Origin: Asaia bogorensis
GTDB lineage: Bacteria; Pseudomonadota; Alphaproteobacteria; Acetobacterales; Acetobacteraceae
Direction: 5' to 3'
Length of the DNA: 64,000 nt
NCBI GenBank assembly: GCA_945869965.1
Contig: CAMBRC010000003.1
Span: 27,816-91,815, forward strand
The notes under the pieces: model-generated
Seen by the model: only the letters and a program-made list of their open reading frames with translations
The model's database searches: none
Told to the model about the DNA's origin: nothing
Part shown: in pieces, positions 18,072-27,821 of the stretch
Layout of the letters: each line of letters opens with the position of its first letter
Position numbering within the stretch: position 1 is the first letter of the stretch
Program-made: the position numbers and the translations under genes

Positions 18072-18716
18072 ATGGGCATCTGGAACAACATCACCAACAA
18101 GGCCTGGAACGACAACCAAATCATCTATGCCATGGACCAGATGCAGACCGCCGGCGCCAAGGCGCCCGCCGGCTGCACCGGGGGCTACTGCTTCGGCCTC
18201 GCCGCTGTCTGGATCAAGCGCAAATGGCAGTTCCGCGACTACGCTTATGACAGCGCGGCCTATGAATATTGGGACACCGACTGGCTCGCCGTCGACGTCC
18301 AGAAGACCTACGACGCCGAGTTGGCCAAGGCCACCCACACCTGGACCCCGATCGCCAACGCCTACACCAAGGCCGGCCTGAAACTGCAATACGGCAAGTC
18401 CCAGGCCAGCTCCGGGGCCATCCACGGCTCCGGCCTCTACAACATCATCGAGAACGGCGAAGGCGCCACCAAGGGCGGCAACGGTACCTACATCGTCGGC
18501 ATGAAGGGCACTTACGGCGCCCATGCCGTGGCCATCTTCAACGGCGGCGACCGCTGGTGGAGCCTGTTCGACGGCAATTTCGGTGCCTTCCGCATGCAGG
18601 GAAACAACGATTTCAAACAGTTCCTGCATTGGTACTTCGGCTCCGGCGCCACCAACTACAAGGCCAAGTACGGCGACGAATGGCTGACCGCCTGCGCCGT
18701 GCCCGCCTGGGCCTGA
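18072..18716 (+). CDS. YopT/AvrPphB-like (peptidase C58-like) putative cysteine protease, paralog 2
   Basis: 214 aa. Cys40 (GYCFGLAAVWIK), His151 (GAHAVAI), Asp167 (SLFDGNFGAF). By eye, roughly half of positions are identical to paralog 1. Confidence 0.55.
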   Translation: MGIWNNITNKAWNDNQIIYAMDQMQTAGAKAPAGCTGGYCFGLAAVWIKRKWQFRDYAYDSAAYEYWDTDWLAVDVQKTYDAELAKATHTWTPIANAYTKAGLKLQYGKSQASSGAIHGSGLYNIIENGEGATKGGNGTYIVGMKGTYGAHAVAIFNGGDRWWSLFDGNFGAFRMQGNNDFKQFLHWYFGSGATNYKAKYGDEWLTACAVPAWA

Positions 18717-18761
18717 CGGCGCGATAGAGACACCAGCGGGGAATCGCCCTAAACCCGCCCC

Positions 18762-19727
18762 ATGCCCAACCTCGCCCCGTACGCCCATTACGCCCTGACC
18801 GACGCCCCCATCCCTGCCCTGCCGAACCACTACCGCGGCAAGGTCCGGGAGAACTACGACCTGCCCGACGGCCGCCGCATCATCATCGCCACCGACCGCC
18901 TCTCCGCCTTCGACCGCATCCTCACCGCCGTCCCCCTCAAGGGCCAGGTCCTGACCCAGCTCGCCCGCTTCTGGTTCGACAAGACCGCCGATATCTGCCC
19001 CAACCACGTCCTCGAATACCCCGACCCCAACGTCCTGGTCTGCCGCAAGCTCGAGATCCTGCCAGTCGAAATCGTCGTCCGCGACTACCTCGCCGGCACC
19101 ACCTCCACCTCCATCCTCTCCATGTACAAAGCCGGCCGCCGCACCATGTACGGCCACGACTTCCCGGACGGCCTGACCCCCAACCAGAAACTCCCCCAAA
19201 CCATCATCACCCCAACCTCCAAAGCCTTCGACGCCGGCCACGACGAAGAACTCACCCCGACCCAAATCCTCGAAACCAACCTGCTCACCCCCGCCCAATG
19301 GACGGACGTCAGCCAGAAAGCCCTCGCCCTCTTCGCCCGCGGCCGCGACATCGCCGCCGCACGCGGCCTCATCCTCGTCGACACCAAATACGAATTCGGC
19401 CTCACCCAAACCGGCGAAATCATCCTCGCCGACGAAATCCACACCCCGGATTCCAGCCGCTACTGGTTCGCCGAATCATACCCCGCCCGCTTCGCCGCCG
19501 GCACCGCCCCGCAAAGCTTCGACAAGGATTTCATCCGCTCCTGGGTCGTCGCCCGCTGCGACCCCTACCGCGACGAAATCCCCACAATCCCCCCCGAAAT
19601 CACCCTCCAAGCCGCCCAGATCTACATCAGCGTCTTCGAAACCATCACCGGCACCGTTTTCCCCCTGCCCGACCCCACCCAACCCGTCCTAGCCCGCATC
19701 CGCCAAAACCTGGCCCGCTTCACCTAG
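18762..19727 (+). CDS. purC: phosphoribosylaminoimidazole-succinocarboxamide synthase (long form)
   Basis: 321 aa with [20 protein letters not shown] and LVDTKYEFG, the SAICAR synthetase motifs. Confidence 0.85.
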   Translation: MPNLAPYAHYALTDAPIPALPNHYRGKVRENYDLPDGRRIIIATDRLSAFDRILTAVPLKGQVLTQLARFWFDKTADICPNHVLEYPDPNVLVCRKLEILPVEIVVRDYLAGTTSTSILSMYKAGRRTMYGHDFPDGLTPNQKLPQTIITPTSKAFDAGHDEELTPTQILETNLLTPAQWTDVSQKALALFARGRDIAAARGLILVDTKYEFGLTQTGEIILADEIHTPDSSRYWFAESYPARFAAGTAPQSFDKDFIRSWVVARCDPYRDEIPTIPPEITLQAAQIYISVFETITGTVFPLPDPTQPVLARIRQNLARFT

Positions 19728-19886
19728 CCAGCAAGTCGACGAGGGTGGCTCTTCCTACCCCCCTCTCGCCGTCATGTTGAGCGAAGCGAAACATCCACGC
19801 TTCTTCTCCCCCGCCCTAACAAAAAATCACATCCTGAGCAAAAATACCCTTGCTTCTCCGAATTGCGTTAGTTAGTATGCCGCCCA

Positions 19887-20345
19887 ATGGAAACAGGAAC
19901 CACATTGGCCGACCGGTTCACCGGCTTGCGCGCCTCCCCCACCACCCCCAACGCTGGCACCACGATTCTGTCCGCCGCCCTGCACACCATGATCGCGGCA
20001 ATTTTCAGCCGCATCTTCGCCCGCCTGGAGCAGCTCCTCCAACTCTGGCAATCCGGCGACCTCCCCAACCCCAGCCGCCAACCCACCGCCGAGGAGCCGC
20101 GCACGCCCCGAATCACCGCTGGCGGCCCGCAATCCCCCCGCCACCGGACAAAACGCGCCCGCAGCAGCGCCATCGCGCGTCAATTTACCGCCCTGATTCC
20201 GGCAACCCCGCCGCCACCCGGCCCCAGCAGTCACCGCCCAACAGTCACCGGCCCGCAACCACCGCACACCGCGCTCGCCCGCCGCCAAAAACCGCCTCAA
20301 CCGCCGCCGCAAACGCACGTCAATTTTATTACTATAACGTATTAA
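19887..20345 (+). CDS. hypothetical Pro-rich protein
   Basis: 152-aa ORF with a helical N-terminus (IFSRIFARLEQLLQLWQSGDLP) and a Pro/Arg-rich low-complexity remainder. It could be spurious. Confidence 0.3.
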   Translation: METGTTLADRFTGLRASPTTPNAGTTILSAALHTMIAAIFSRIFARLEQLLQLWQSGDLPNPSRQPTAEEPRTPRITAGGPQSPRHRTKRARSSAIARQFTALIPATPPPPGPSSHRPTVTGPQPPHTALARRQKPPQPPPQTHVNFITITY

Positions 20346-20818
20346 TTAACCGCCGCCTGACAGCTGCCGCAAACCCCCTCCGCCTCGATCGTCGCCCCCG
20401 ACACCGCAAACCCCACCCGCTCCGCCGCCTCCAGCAACGCATGCGCCAGATCAGAATCCTCAATCTCCGTCGCCTGCCCGCACTGCCGGCAGATCAAAAA
20501 CTGCGCCGCATGGTGATGCCCCTCGCCATGGTCATGCGCATCAATGCACCCGACAAACGCGCTCAACCGCTCGATCCGATGCACGAACCCCTGCTCCAAC
20601 AGGAAATCCAACGCCCGATAGACCGTCGGCGGTGCCGACGCCCCCCGATGCCCGCGCAACCGCTCCAGCAAGTCGTACGCCCCCGCCGGCGCCGCGGCAT
20701 CCAACACCAACCCGAGCACCAGCCGCCGCAACTCGGTCAGCCGCGTCCCCCGCCGCTCACACAAAGCGGCGGCCCGATCCAGCTTGGCAATCGTCGTGGG
20801 GGTGAATTCCGCTGTCAT
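20342..20818 (-). CDS. zur: Fur family transcriptional regulator, zinc uptake regulator type
   Basis: 158 aa with a winged-helix N-terminus ([18 protein letters not shown]), a His-rich [11 protein letters not shown] segment, and CRQC...CGSC metal sites. It is divergent from hisI-COG0523. Confidence 0.75.
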   Translation of the reverse strand: MTAEFTPTTIAKLDRAAALCERRGTRLTELRRLVLGLVLDAAAPAGAYDLLERLRGHRGASAPPTVYRALDFLLEQGFVHRIERLSAFVGCIDAHDHGEGHHHAAQFLICRQCGQATEIEDSDLAHALLEAAERVGFAVSGATIEAEGVCGSCQAAVN

Positions 20819-20853
20819 CCGTGCAATGTAGCACGCCCCCGGAATTGAGAGCC

Positions 20854-21243
20854 ATGGACAGCACCCACATCCTCGCCGCCATCGCCTTCGACGCCAATGG
20901 CCTCATCCCCGCCATCGCCCAACAGCACGACACCGGCGAGGTCTTGATGATGGCCTGGATGAACCGCGAATCCATCGCCGAAACCCTCGCCACCGGCCAA
21001 GTCTGCTACTTCAGCCGCAGCCGCAACAAACTCTGGCGCAAGGGCGAAACCTCCGGCCAGCAACAAAAACTGATCGAACTCCGCCTCGACTGCGACGGCG
21101 ACACCATCCTCCTCCTCGTCGACCAACAGGGTGTCGCCTGCCACACCGGCCGCCGCGACTGCTTCTACCGCGCCGCCCGCGACGGCGAGCTGATCGAAAT
21201 CGCCGCCCCGCTGATCTCGCCGGAAAAACTCTATGGCCACTAA
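20854..21243 (+). CDS. hisI: phosphoribosyl-AMP cyclohydrolase
   Basis: [22 protein letters not shown]...[15 protein letters not shown]...[11 protein letters not shown]...GVACHTG motif set. ATG at 20854. Confidence 0.85.
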   Translation: MDSTHILAAIAFDANGLIPAIAQQHDTGEVLMMAWMNRESIAETLATGQVCYFSRSRNKLWRKGETSGQQQKLIELRLDCDGDTILLLVDQQGVACHTGRRDCFYRAARDGELIEIAAPLISPEKLYGH

Positions 21244-22237
21244 GCCAATCCCCCCTGTTTCAATCCCGGTCACCGTCCTGACCGGCTTCCTCGGCGCCGG
21301 CAAAACCACCCTGCTCAACCGCCTCCTGCCCCAGCCCGAAATGGCCGGCACCGCCGTCCTGGTCAACGAATTCGGCGACATCGCCATCGACCACCTCCTG
21401 GTCGAGAAACTCGACGACACCACCATCCTGCTCCCATCCGGCTGCCTCTGCTGCTCAGTCCAAGGCGACCTCGCCCGCGCCCTCGCCGACCTCGTCCCCA
21501 GGATCCACGCCGGCGAAGTCCAAAGAGTCGTCGTCGAAACCACCGGCCTGGCCGACCCCGCCCCGGTCGTCCAAAGCCTGCTGGCCGACGTCATGCTCGC
21601 CCGCCACTACCGCCTGGACGGCATCGTCACCGTCGTCGACGCCGTCCACGGCCAGAAAACCCTCGACCAGCACGAAGAAGCCATCCGCCAGGTCGCAATG
21701 GCCGACCGCCTCATCCTCACCAAGACCGACCTCGCCAAACCCGACCCCGCCCTCCTCGCCCGCATCACCGCCCTCAACCCCGGCGCCCCCCAAATCACCG
21801 CCGACCACGGCCGCATCGACCCCGCGACCATCCTCGAATGCGGCCTCTTCGACGCCGACGGCAAAATCGCCGAGGTAAAAGACTGGCTGAACGCCGCCGC
21901 CTGGGGCCGCACCGGCGCCCATGACGGAAGAATCCACTCCTTCTGCCTGACCTACGACCAACCCCTGCACTGGTCCGGCATCGGCATGTGCCTGGAAATG
22001 CTGATCGGCACCCGCGGCGAAAACCTACTGCGGGTCAAAGGCATCCTGAACCTCGTCGGCCAAGACCGCCCGGTCGCCATCCACGGCGTCCAGCACATGT
22101 TCCACCGACCCACCCTCCTGCCCGCCTGGCCCCCCGGCGACCCCAAGACCAGCCGCATCGTCTTCATCACCCGCGACCTCTCCCGCGAAACCATCGAACA
22201 GGGCCTGCTGGCCTTCGAACGCGCCGCCGCCGGCTGA
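21233..22237 (+). CDS. COG0523 family GTPase (CobW/YeiR/ZigA-like zinc metallochaperone)
   Basis: P-loop [13 protein letters not shown] metal motif (GCLCCSV), a CobW C-terminal domain. It overlaps the hisI end by 11 nt. Confidence 0.8.
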   Translation: MATKPIPPVSIPVTVLTGFLGAGKTTLLNRLLPQPEMAGTAVLVNEFGDIAIDHLLVEKLDDTTILLPSGCLCCSVQGDLARALADLVPRIHAGEVQRVVVETTGLADPAPVVQSLLADVMLARHYRLDGIVTVVDAVHGQKTLDQHEEAIRQVAMADRLILTKTDLAKPDPALLARITALNPGAPQITADHGRIDPATILECGLFDADGKIAEVKDWLNAAAWGRTGAHDGRIHSFCLTYDQPLHWSGIGMCLEMLIGTRGENLLRVKGILNLVGQDRPVAIHGVQHMFHRPTLLPAWPPGDPKTSRIVFITRDLSRETIEQGLLAFERAAAG

Positions 22238-22302
22238 TTTCGACAATCGCCCCACCCGGCGGCATGATGCGCTATCATCTGTCGTGTTGTGCGAGGTCCG
22301 CC

Positions 22303-23889
22303 ATGCCTGCCCTGTCCCGCCGCCACCTGCTCGCCGGCGCCGCCGCCCTGCCGCTGATGCCCCATGCCGCCCGGGCCCAGACACCCAAGCGCGGCGGCCG
22401 CCTGACCGTGGCCGCCGACTCCGAGCCGTCCAACCTGAACCCGGCCATCATCGCCAGCAACGGCGTCTTCTTCGTTGCCAGCAAGGTGATCGAACCCCTC
22501 GCCGAAGCCTCCTACAGCGGCCTGGCACCCCGGCTGGCCACCGGCTGGGACGGCGCTGCCGATGGCCGCTCTATCACCTTCACCCTGCGCCCCGGGGTGA
22601 CCTGGCACGACGGCCAGAAATTCACCTCGGCCGATGTCGCCTTCTCGGCACTGGAGGTCTGGAAGAAGCACGGCAATCTCGGCCGCACGATCTTCCGCGA
22701 CCTCGAAGCGGTCGAAACGCCGGATGCCCACACCGCGATCTTCCGCTTCGCCGTACCGACCCCGGCCCAGCTGATCCGCAACGCCTTGCCTGTGGTGACC
22801 TCGGTGGTGCCGAAGCACATCTTCGAAAACACCGACATCATGAAGAACCCCGCCAACACCGCCCTGGTCGGCACCGGCCCGTTTCGCTTCGCCGAGCGCC
22901 GGCCGGGCGAATACACCCGCCTGGTGCGCAACCCGGCCTATTGGGACCAGGGCAAACCCTATCTGGACGAAATCGTCTATCGCGTCCTGCCCGACCGGGC
23001 CGCCGCCGCCAACGCACTCGAAGCCGAGGAAATCCAGCTGGCAGCATTTTCCGCCGTGCCGCTTGCCGACCTCGACCGCATCGCCAAAGTCCCGGGCCTG
23101 AAAGTGTTTTCCAACGGCTACGAAGGCCTGACCTACCAGCTCTGCGTCGAGATCAACCATCGCCGCAAGGAGCTCTCGGACGTCAGAGTGCGCCGCGCCC
23201 TGGCGCACGCGATCGACCGCGACTTTGTGGTGCGAACGATCTTTCGCGGCTACGCGGCGGCCAGCCAGGGGCCGGTGCCGCGCTATGACCGGGTGTTCCA
23301 TGCGCCGGATCTCGCGGGCTACGGCTTCAACCCGGCGCGGGCAAATGCGCTGTTGGACGAGGCAGGGTTCGTGCGCGACGGAGCCGGCACGCGGTTCAAG
23401 CTGCGGCTGCTGCCTGCCCCGTTCTTCAACGAGACCAGGCAGTTCGGCGACTATCTGCGCCAGGCGCTGGCTGCCGTCGGGATCGATGCCCAGATCGTGG
23501 CCAATGATACGCCGGCTCATCTGAAGGCGGTCTATACCGATCGCGACTTCGACATCACCGTGGCCTCCCCGGTCTATCGCGGCGATCCCGCCATTTCGAC
23601 CACGATCCTGTTCCAGAGCGGCTTGCCGGCCGGCGTGCCGTTTGCCAACCAGTACGGCTACGCCAGTGCCGAGATGGACGCGCTGATCAAGCAGGCTGCG
23701 GCGACGATTGACGATGCCGAACGGGTGCGGCTGTACCGCGCGTTCCAGAAGCTGGCGATCGAGGATGTGCCCCTGATCAACGTGGCCGAATTCAGCTTCA
23801 TCTCGGTGGCGCGGGACAGCCTCGTGGGCGTGTCGAACAACCCGCGCTGGGCGGTGTCGAACTGGGCGGATCTGGGCTTCGTCGGGTGA
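22303..23889 (+). CDS. ABC transporter substrate-binding protein (peptide/nickel family 5)
   Basis: Start at MPALSRRHLLAGAAALPLMPHAARA (Tat-like signal; an alternative ATG lies at 22264). Family-5 SBP pattern. The track ORF from 21988 is over-extended. Confidence 0.75.
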   Translation: MPALSRRHLLAGAAALPLMPHAARAQTPKRGGRLTVAADSEPSNLNPAIIASNGVFFVASKVIEPLAEASYSGLAPRLATGWDGAADGRSITFTLRPGVTWHDGQKFTSADVAFSALEVWKKHGNLGRTIFRDLEAVETPDAHTAIFRFAVPTPAQLIRNALPVVTSVVPKHIFENTDIMKNPANTALVGTGPFRFAERRPGEYTRLVRNPAYWDQGKPYLDEIVYRVLPDRAAAANALEAEEIQLAAFSAVPLADLDRIAKVPGLKVFSNGYEGLTYQLCVEINHRRKELSDVRVRRALAHAIDRDFVVRTIFRGYAAASQGPVPRYDRVFHAPDLAGYGFNPARANALLDEAGFVRDGAGTRFKLRLLPAPFFNETRQFGDYLRQALAAVGIDAQIVANDTPAHLKAVYTDRDFDITVASPVYRGDPAISTTILFQSGLPAGVPFANQYGYASAEMDALIKQAAATIDDAERVRLYRAFQKLAIEDVPLINVAEFSFISVARDSLVGVSNNPRWAVSNWADLGFVG

Positions 23890-23893
23890 CGGC

Positions 23894-24310
23894 ATGGAGG
23901 TGCTGGTGAGCGAGTATGCCTGCGCCATCCTGGCCCGCGACGGATTGCTGATGCTGGGGCGGCGGTCGGCGCATCGCCGGGCCTATGCCGGATGCTGGGA
24001 CGTGATCGGCGGCAAGGTCGAACCCGGCGAGACCGTGCCGATGGCGCTGGTTCGCGAGTTGGGCGAGGAGTTGGGGATTGTGCCGACTGGCTTTCGCCCC
24101 GTGGCGTCGCTGCGGGACGACGACGCGCGGGGGCCGGGCAATGCGATCTACCATTTCTTCCTGGTGACGGAGTGGCAGGGCGGGATGCCGGCAATTCGCG
24201 ATGACGAACACAGCGAACTCGGCTGGTTCTCGATCGAGGAGGCCTGTGCGCTGGAGGCGCTTGCCCTGGCGGAGTACCGATCGCTGTTCCGCTCCCTGGC
24301 CATCGCATGA
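23894..24310 (+). CDS. NUDIX hydrolase (MutT-like)
   Basis: Nudix box GGKVEPGETVPMALVRELGEELG. Confidence 0.75.
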   Translation: MEVLVSEYACAILARDGLLMLGRRSAHRRAYAGCWDVIGGKVEPGETVPMALVRELGEELGIVPTGFRPVASLRDDDARGPGNAIYHFFLVTEWQGGMPAIRDDEHSELGWFSIEEACALEALALAEYRSLFRSLAIA

Positions 24311-24320
24311 CGCCGGGGCC

Positions 24321-25307
24321 ATGAGGCGGGCGCTTGGCCTGGTGCGACGCCGGCTGATCGGCGTGGTGCCGGTTTTCTGCCTGGTGGTGCTCGGCGCGTT
24401 CTTGCTGCTGGAGGCCGCACCCGGCGATGCGGTGGATGCCTATCTCGCAGGGATCGGCGGCGGGGATGCGGCGCAGCGGGCGGCGCTGCGGACGGAATGG
24501 GGGTTGGACCAGGGGCCGCTGCCGCGGCTATGGGCCTATGTGATGGCGTTGCTGCGGCTTGATCTCGGCTGGTCGACGGCGTTTGCGAGGCCGGTGTTGA
24601 GCGTGGTGCTGGAGCGGTTGCCGAACACGCTGCTGCTGATGGGTATGGCGACGTTGCTGGCGCTGTCGCTCGGCTCGGCGCTGGGGGTGGTGTGCGGGGC
24701 GCGGCCGGGCTCGGTGCGGGATCGGACGTTGTCGCTGGCAGCGATTGCGATTTACGCGATGCCCGGATTCTGGCTCGGGCTGGTGCTGATCGTGGCCTTT
24801 GCCGTCGAGCTGCGCTGGCTGCCGAGCGGCGGGATCGAGACGGTGGCGTCGGGCCTGGCGGGGTGGGAGCGTGCCGTCGATATCGGGCGGCATCTGGTGC
24901 TTCCGGTGCTGGCGCTGGGGCTGGTCTACATGGCGCTCTATCTGCGGCTGATGCGCGACGGCATGGCGGAGCTGTGGAGCCAGGATTTCGTGCGGGCGGC
25001 GCGGGCGCGCGGGATGGCGGGGCCGCGGCTGGTGCTGCGGCATGTGGCGCGCAACGCGCTGTTGCCGGTGGTGACGATGCTCGGGTTGCAGTCGGCGGCG
25101 ATGCTCGGCGGCAGCGTGGTGATCGAGAGTGTTTTTGCCATTCCGGGGCTGGGGCGCCTGGCGTCGGAGGCGGTGGCGCGGCGGGATACGCCGTTGCTGC
25201 TTGGGGTCATGCTGCTGAGTGCCGTGGTGGTGATGACGGTGAACCTGGTGATCGATCTCGTCTACGCGCTGTTGGACCCGCGCGTCGGCTCGGGCACCGG
25301 CGGATGA
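24321..25307 (+). CDS. ABC transporter permease (DppB/OppB type)
   Basis: Start at MRRALGLVRRRLIGVVPV; binding-protein-dependent transport permease pattern. Confidence 0.75.
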   Translation: MRRALGLVRRRLIGVVPVFCLVVLGAFLLLEAAPGDAVDAYLAGIGGGDAAQRAALRTEWGLDQGPLPRLWAYVMALLRLDLGWSTAFARPVLSVVLERLPNTLLLMGMATLLALSLGSALGVVCGARPGSVRDRTLSLAAIAIYAMPGFWLGLVLIVAFAVELRWLPSGGIETVASGLAGWERAVDIGRHLVLPVLALGLVYMALYLRLMRDGMAELWSQDFVRAARARGMAGPRLVLRHVARNALLPVVTMLGLQSAAMLGGSVVIESVFAIPGLGRLASEAVARRDTPLLLGVMLLSAVVVMTVNLVIDLVYALLDPRVGSGTGG

Positions 25308-26134
25308 GTTTCGTGCGACGCGTGCTGGGCACCGGCGAAGGAATTGCCGGCGTGGCGATGCTGGCGGTGCTACTGGCCGTGGCGTTGGCTGCCCCATGGC
25401 TGGCGCCGGGTGATCCCCTTGCGATCACAGGCGATCCGTTGCTGTCGCCCTGGCGAGACATGGCACACCCATTGGGTACCGACCGGCTGGGGCGCGACGT
25501 GCTCTCCGCATTGATCCATGGCGCGCGCACCTCGCTGCTGGTTGCGGTCAGCGCGGCGGTGGCCGCACTCGGCATCGGCATCACCGTGGGCACCATCGCG
25601 GGCTTCCTGGGCGGCTGGGTGGACGAGGCGCTGATGCGCGTGGCCGAAGCGTTCCAGACGGTGCCTGCGTTCTTGCTGACGCTGGCACTGATCTCGGTGA
25701 CCGGGCCGCGGGTGTCGACCATCGTGCTGGGTATTGCCGTCGGGGCCTGGATGCAGCCGGCGCGGATCACCCGGGCGGAGATTTTGTCGTTGCGCGAGCG
25801 TGATTTTGTCGCGGCGGCGCGGGTGATCGGAATGCGGCCATTGGAGATCGCGTTTCGCGAAGTGTTGCCGAATGCGCTAACGCCGGTGGTGTCGTTGGCC
25901 GCGGTCATTGTCGCCGCGGCGGTGCTGATCGAGGCGGCGCTATCGTTCCTCGGCTTCGGCGATCCCAACCGGGTGACATGGGGCAGCATGATCGCCGAGG
26001 GGCGGACGGTGCTGCGGCGCGCGCCCTACCTGTCGATCATCCCCGGCATCGGGCTGGTGCTGACGGTGCTGGCGGTGCACCTGACCGGCCGAGGGGTGGC
26101 GCGCGCGTTGCGGGCGCGGCGGGTGCTGGGGTGA
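25304..26134 (+). CDS. ABC transporter permease (DppC/OppC type)
   Basis: ATG at 25304 overlaps the upstream stop (ATGA). N-terminal LAPGDPL motif and TM helices. Confidence 0.75.
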   Translation: MSFVRRVLGTGEGIAGVAMLAVLLAVALAAPWLAPGDPLAITGDPLLSPWRDMAHPLGTDRLGRDVLSALIHGARTSLLVAVSAAVAALGIGITVGTIAGFLGGWVDEALMRVAEAFQTVPAFLLTLALISVTGPRVSTIVLGIAVGAWMQPARITRAEILSLRERDFVAAARVIGMRPLEIAFREVLPNALTPVVSLAAVIVAAAVLIEAALSFLGFGDPNRVTWGSMIAEGRTVLRRAPYLSIIPGIGLVLTVLAVHLTGRGVARALRARRVLG

Positions 26135-26937
26135 GTTTTCTCGATGTTGATGCGCTGGGCGTGGCCTATGGCGGTGTTCGCGCATTGTCGGATGTTTCGC
26201 TGACGCTGGCGGCGGGGCGGCGCCTTGCGGTCCTCGGCGAGAGCGGGTCCGGCAAATCGACGCTGGCGATGGCGATTTGCGGGTTGTTACCGGCGGAGGC
26301 TGCGGTCAGCGGCCGGGTGGCGTTTCCCGGGCTGGGCGCGCCGGTGCTCGGGCGCGATATCGGCGTGGTGTTCCAGGACCCCGGCGGCAGCCTCAACCCG
26401 GTGCTGACGATCGGCGAGCAGATCGCCGAAGTGGCCGTGGTGCATCGCGCGCGCAGTTGGCGGGCGGCGCGGGCCGAGGCGGCGCGGCTGCTCGACCGCA
26501 TGGGCATCGCCGGGGCGGCGTCGGCTTTGGCGCGCCATCCCCACGAATTCTCCGGCGGGCAGCGCCAGCGGATCGCACTCGCCGCGGCGTTGGCGGCCGA
26601 CCCGGTCTTGCTGGTGGCGGATGAGCCGACCAGCGCGCTGGACACGGTGGTGCAGCACCAGATGGTCGAATTGCTCGACGGGCTGGTTCGCGAGCGCGGG
26701 CTGACGCTGTTGTTCGTCACCCATGACATCGCGCTGGCCAGCCAGCTCGGCGACGAGGTGGCGGTGCTGTTCGATGGCCGGCTGATGGAGGCCGGACCGG
26801 TGCGCCAGGTGTTGCGGGCGCCGCGTCATGCCTATACGCGGGCGTTGCTGGCATCGCGGCTGGATCTCGACACCCCACTCGGCCGGCGGCTGCCGGAGAT
26901 CGGCGCGGACTTTGCGGTATCGGTGCCCGATGGCTGA
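26131..26937 (+). CDS. ABC transporter ATP-binding protein (DppD type)
   Basis: GTG at 26131 overlaps the upstream stop. Walker A GESGSGKST, signature FSGGQRQR, Walker B LLVADEPTSALD. Confidence 0.75.
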   Translation: MSFLDVDALGVAYGGVRALSDVSLTLAAGRRLAVLGESGSGKSTLAMAICGLLPAEAAVSGRVAFPGLGAPVLGRDIGVVFQDPGGSLNPVLTIGEQIAEVAVVHRARSWRAARAEAARLLDRMGIAGAASALARHPHEFSGGQRQRIALAAALAADPVLLVADEPTSALDTVVQHQMVELLDGLVRERGLTLLFVTHDIALASQLGDEVAVLFDGRLMEAGPVRQVLRAPRHAYTRALLASRLDLDTPLGRRLPEIGADFAVSVPDG

Positions 26938-27691
26938 TGTGTTGCTGGAAATCGCAGGCTTGCACAAGCGCTTTGGCCGCACGGTCGCATTGGGCGGCGT
27001 GGATTTGCGCATCGCGGCCGGGACGACGATGGCCCTGGCCGGCGCCTCGGGCTCCGGCAAATCGACGTTGGCGCGCTGCGTGATGCGCCTGCTGGAGCCG
27101 GACTCCGGCACCATCCGCTTCGAGGGCACCGAGCTTCTCGCCCTCGATGCCACCGCCCTGCGCGCGCTGCGGCCACGCTGGCAGATGGTGTTCCAGGACC
27201 CGGCAACCGCGTTCAACCCGCGCGCCACGGTCGGGCGCGTGCTGGCCGATCCGCTGCGGGTGCACGGGTTGGCGCCACGCGGCGAGTGGCGGGCGCGGGC
27301 GCTGGCGTTGCTCGACATGGTGCGGCTGCCGGCAGCCCTGATCGACCGGCGGCCGCACGAGCTGTCCGGTGGCCAGCGCCAGCGTGTCGCGATCGCCCGC
27401 GCGCTGGCGAGCAGCCCACGCTTGGTGGTGCTGGACGAGCCGGTCTCCGCACTGGACGTCTCGGTGCGCAACGCGGTGCTGAACCTGTTGATGGAATTGC
27501 AGGAACGGACGGGCGTTGCCTATCTGCTGATCTCGCATGATCTCGCGGTGGTGCGGGCGGTGGCGGGCGAGGTGGCGGTGATGGAGGCGGGGCTGATCGT
27601 CGAGCGCGGGACGGTGGCGGAGGTTTTTGCGCATCCGCAGGCGGCGGCGACGCGGGGGTTGTTGGCGGCGGTGCCTCGGTTGAAGGTATAA
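26930..27691 (+). CDS. ABC transporter ATP-binding protein (DppF type)
   Basis: Start at MADVLLEIAGLHKRFG. Walker A GASGSGKST, signature LSGGQRQR, Walker B LVVLDEPVSALD. Confidence 0.75.
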   Translation: MADVLLEIAGLHKRFGRTVALGGVDLRIAAGTTMALAGASGSGKSTLARCVMRLLEPDSGTIRFEGTELLALDATALRALRPRWQMVFQDPATAFNPRATVGRVLADPLRVHGLAPRGEWRARALALLDMVRLPAALIDRRPHELSGGQRQRVAIARALASSPRLVVLDEPVSALDVSVRNAVLNLLMELQERTGVAYLLISHDLAVVRAVAGEVAVMEAGLIVERGTVAEVFAHPQAAATRGLLAAVPRLKV

Positions 27692-27821
27692 AGAAGGAAG
27701 TTCTTTTTTGAAAAAAAGAACCAAAAAACTTTTGTCCATTTGCGCGGGTGCCAGTCGCCAGCGCCGGGTCTGGATGAATGAAGTCTTTTTGCTTCTTTTT
27801 CTCCAGAAAAAGAAGATCTTT
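27690..27821. repeat. full-length AT-rich double-hairpin element (copy C)
   Basis: GTTCTTTTTTGAAAAAAAGAAC (27700-27721), a core with TGCCAGTCGCC, and CTTCTTTTTCTCCAGAAAAAGAAG (27792-27815). It fills the gap between convergent genes exactly. Confidence 0.85.

Noticed and set aside
20320-20350. AT-rich patch TTTTATTACTATAACGTATTAATTAA at the 3' end of zur, considered as a Zur box
   Set aside because: It is only weakly palindromic (about 12 of 19 positions). It lies between convergent gene ends where no promoter is expected. I cannot score it against a matrix here, so I leave it as unexplained AT-rich DNA.
19850-20848. 332-aa plus-strand ORF covering the zur region
   Set aside because: It is antisense to a well-supported Fur-family gene, and its product is Pro/Arg-rich low complexity.
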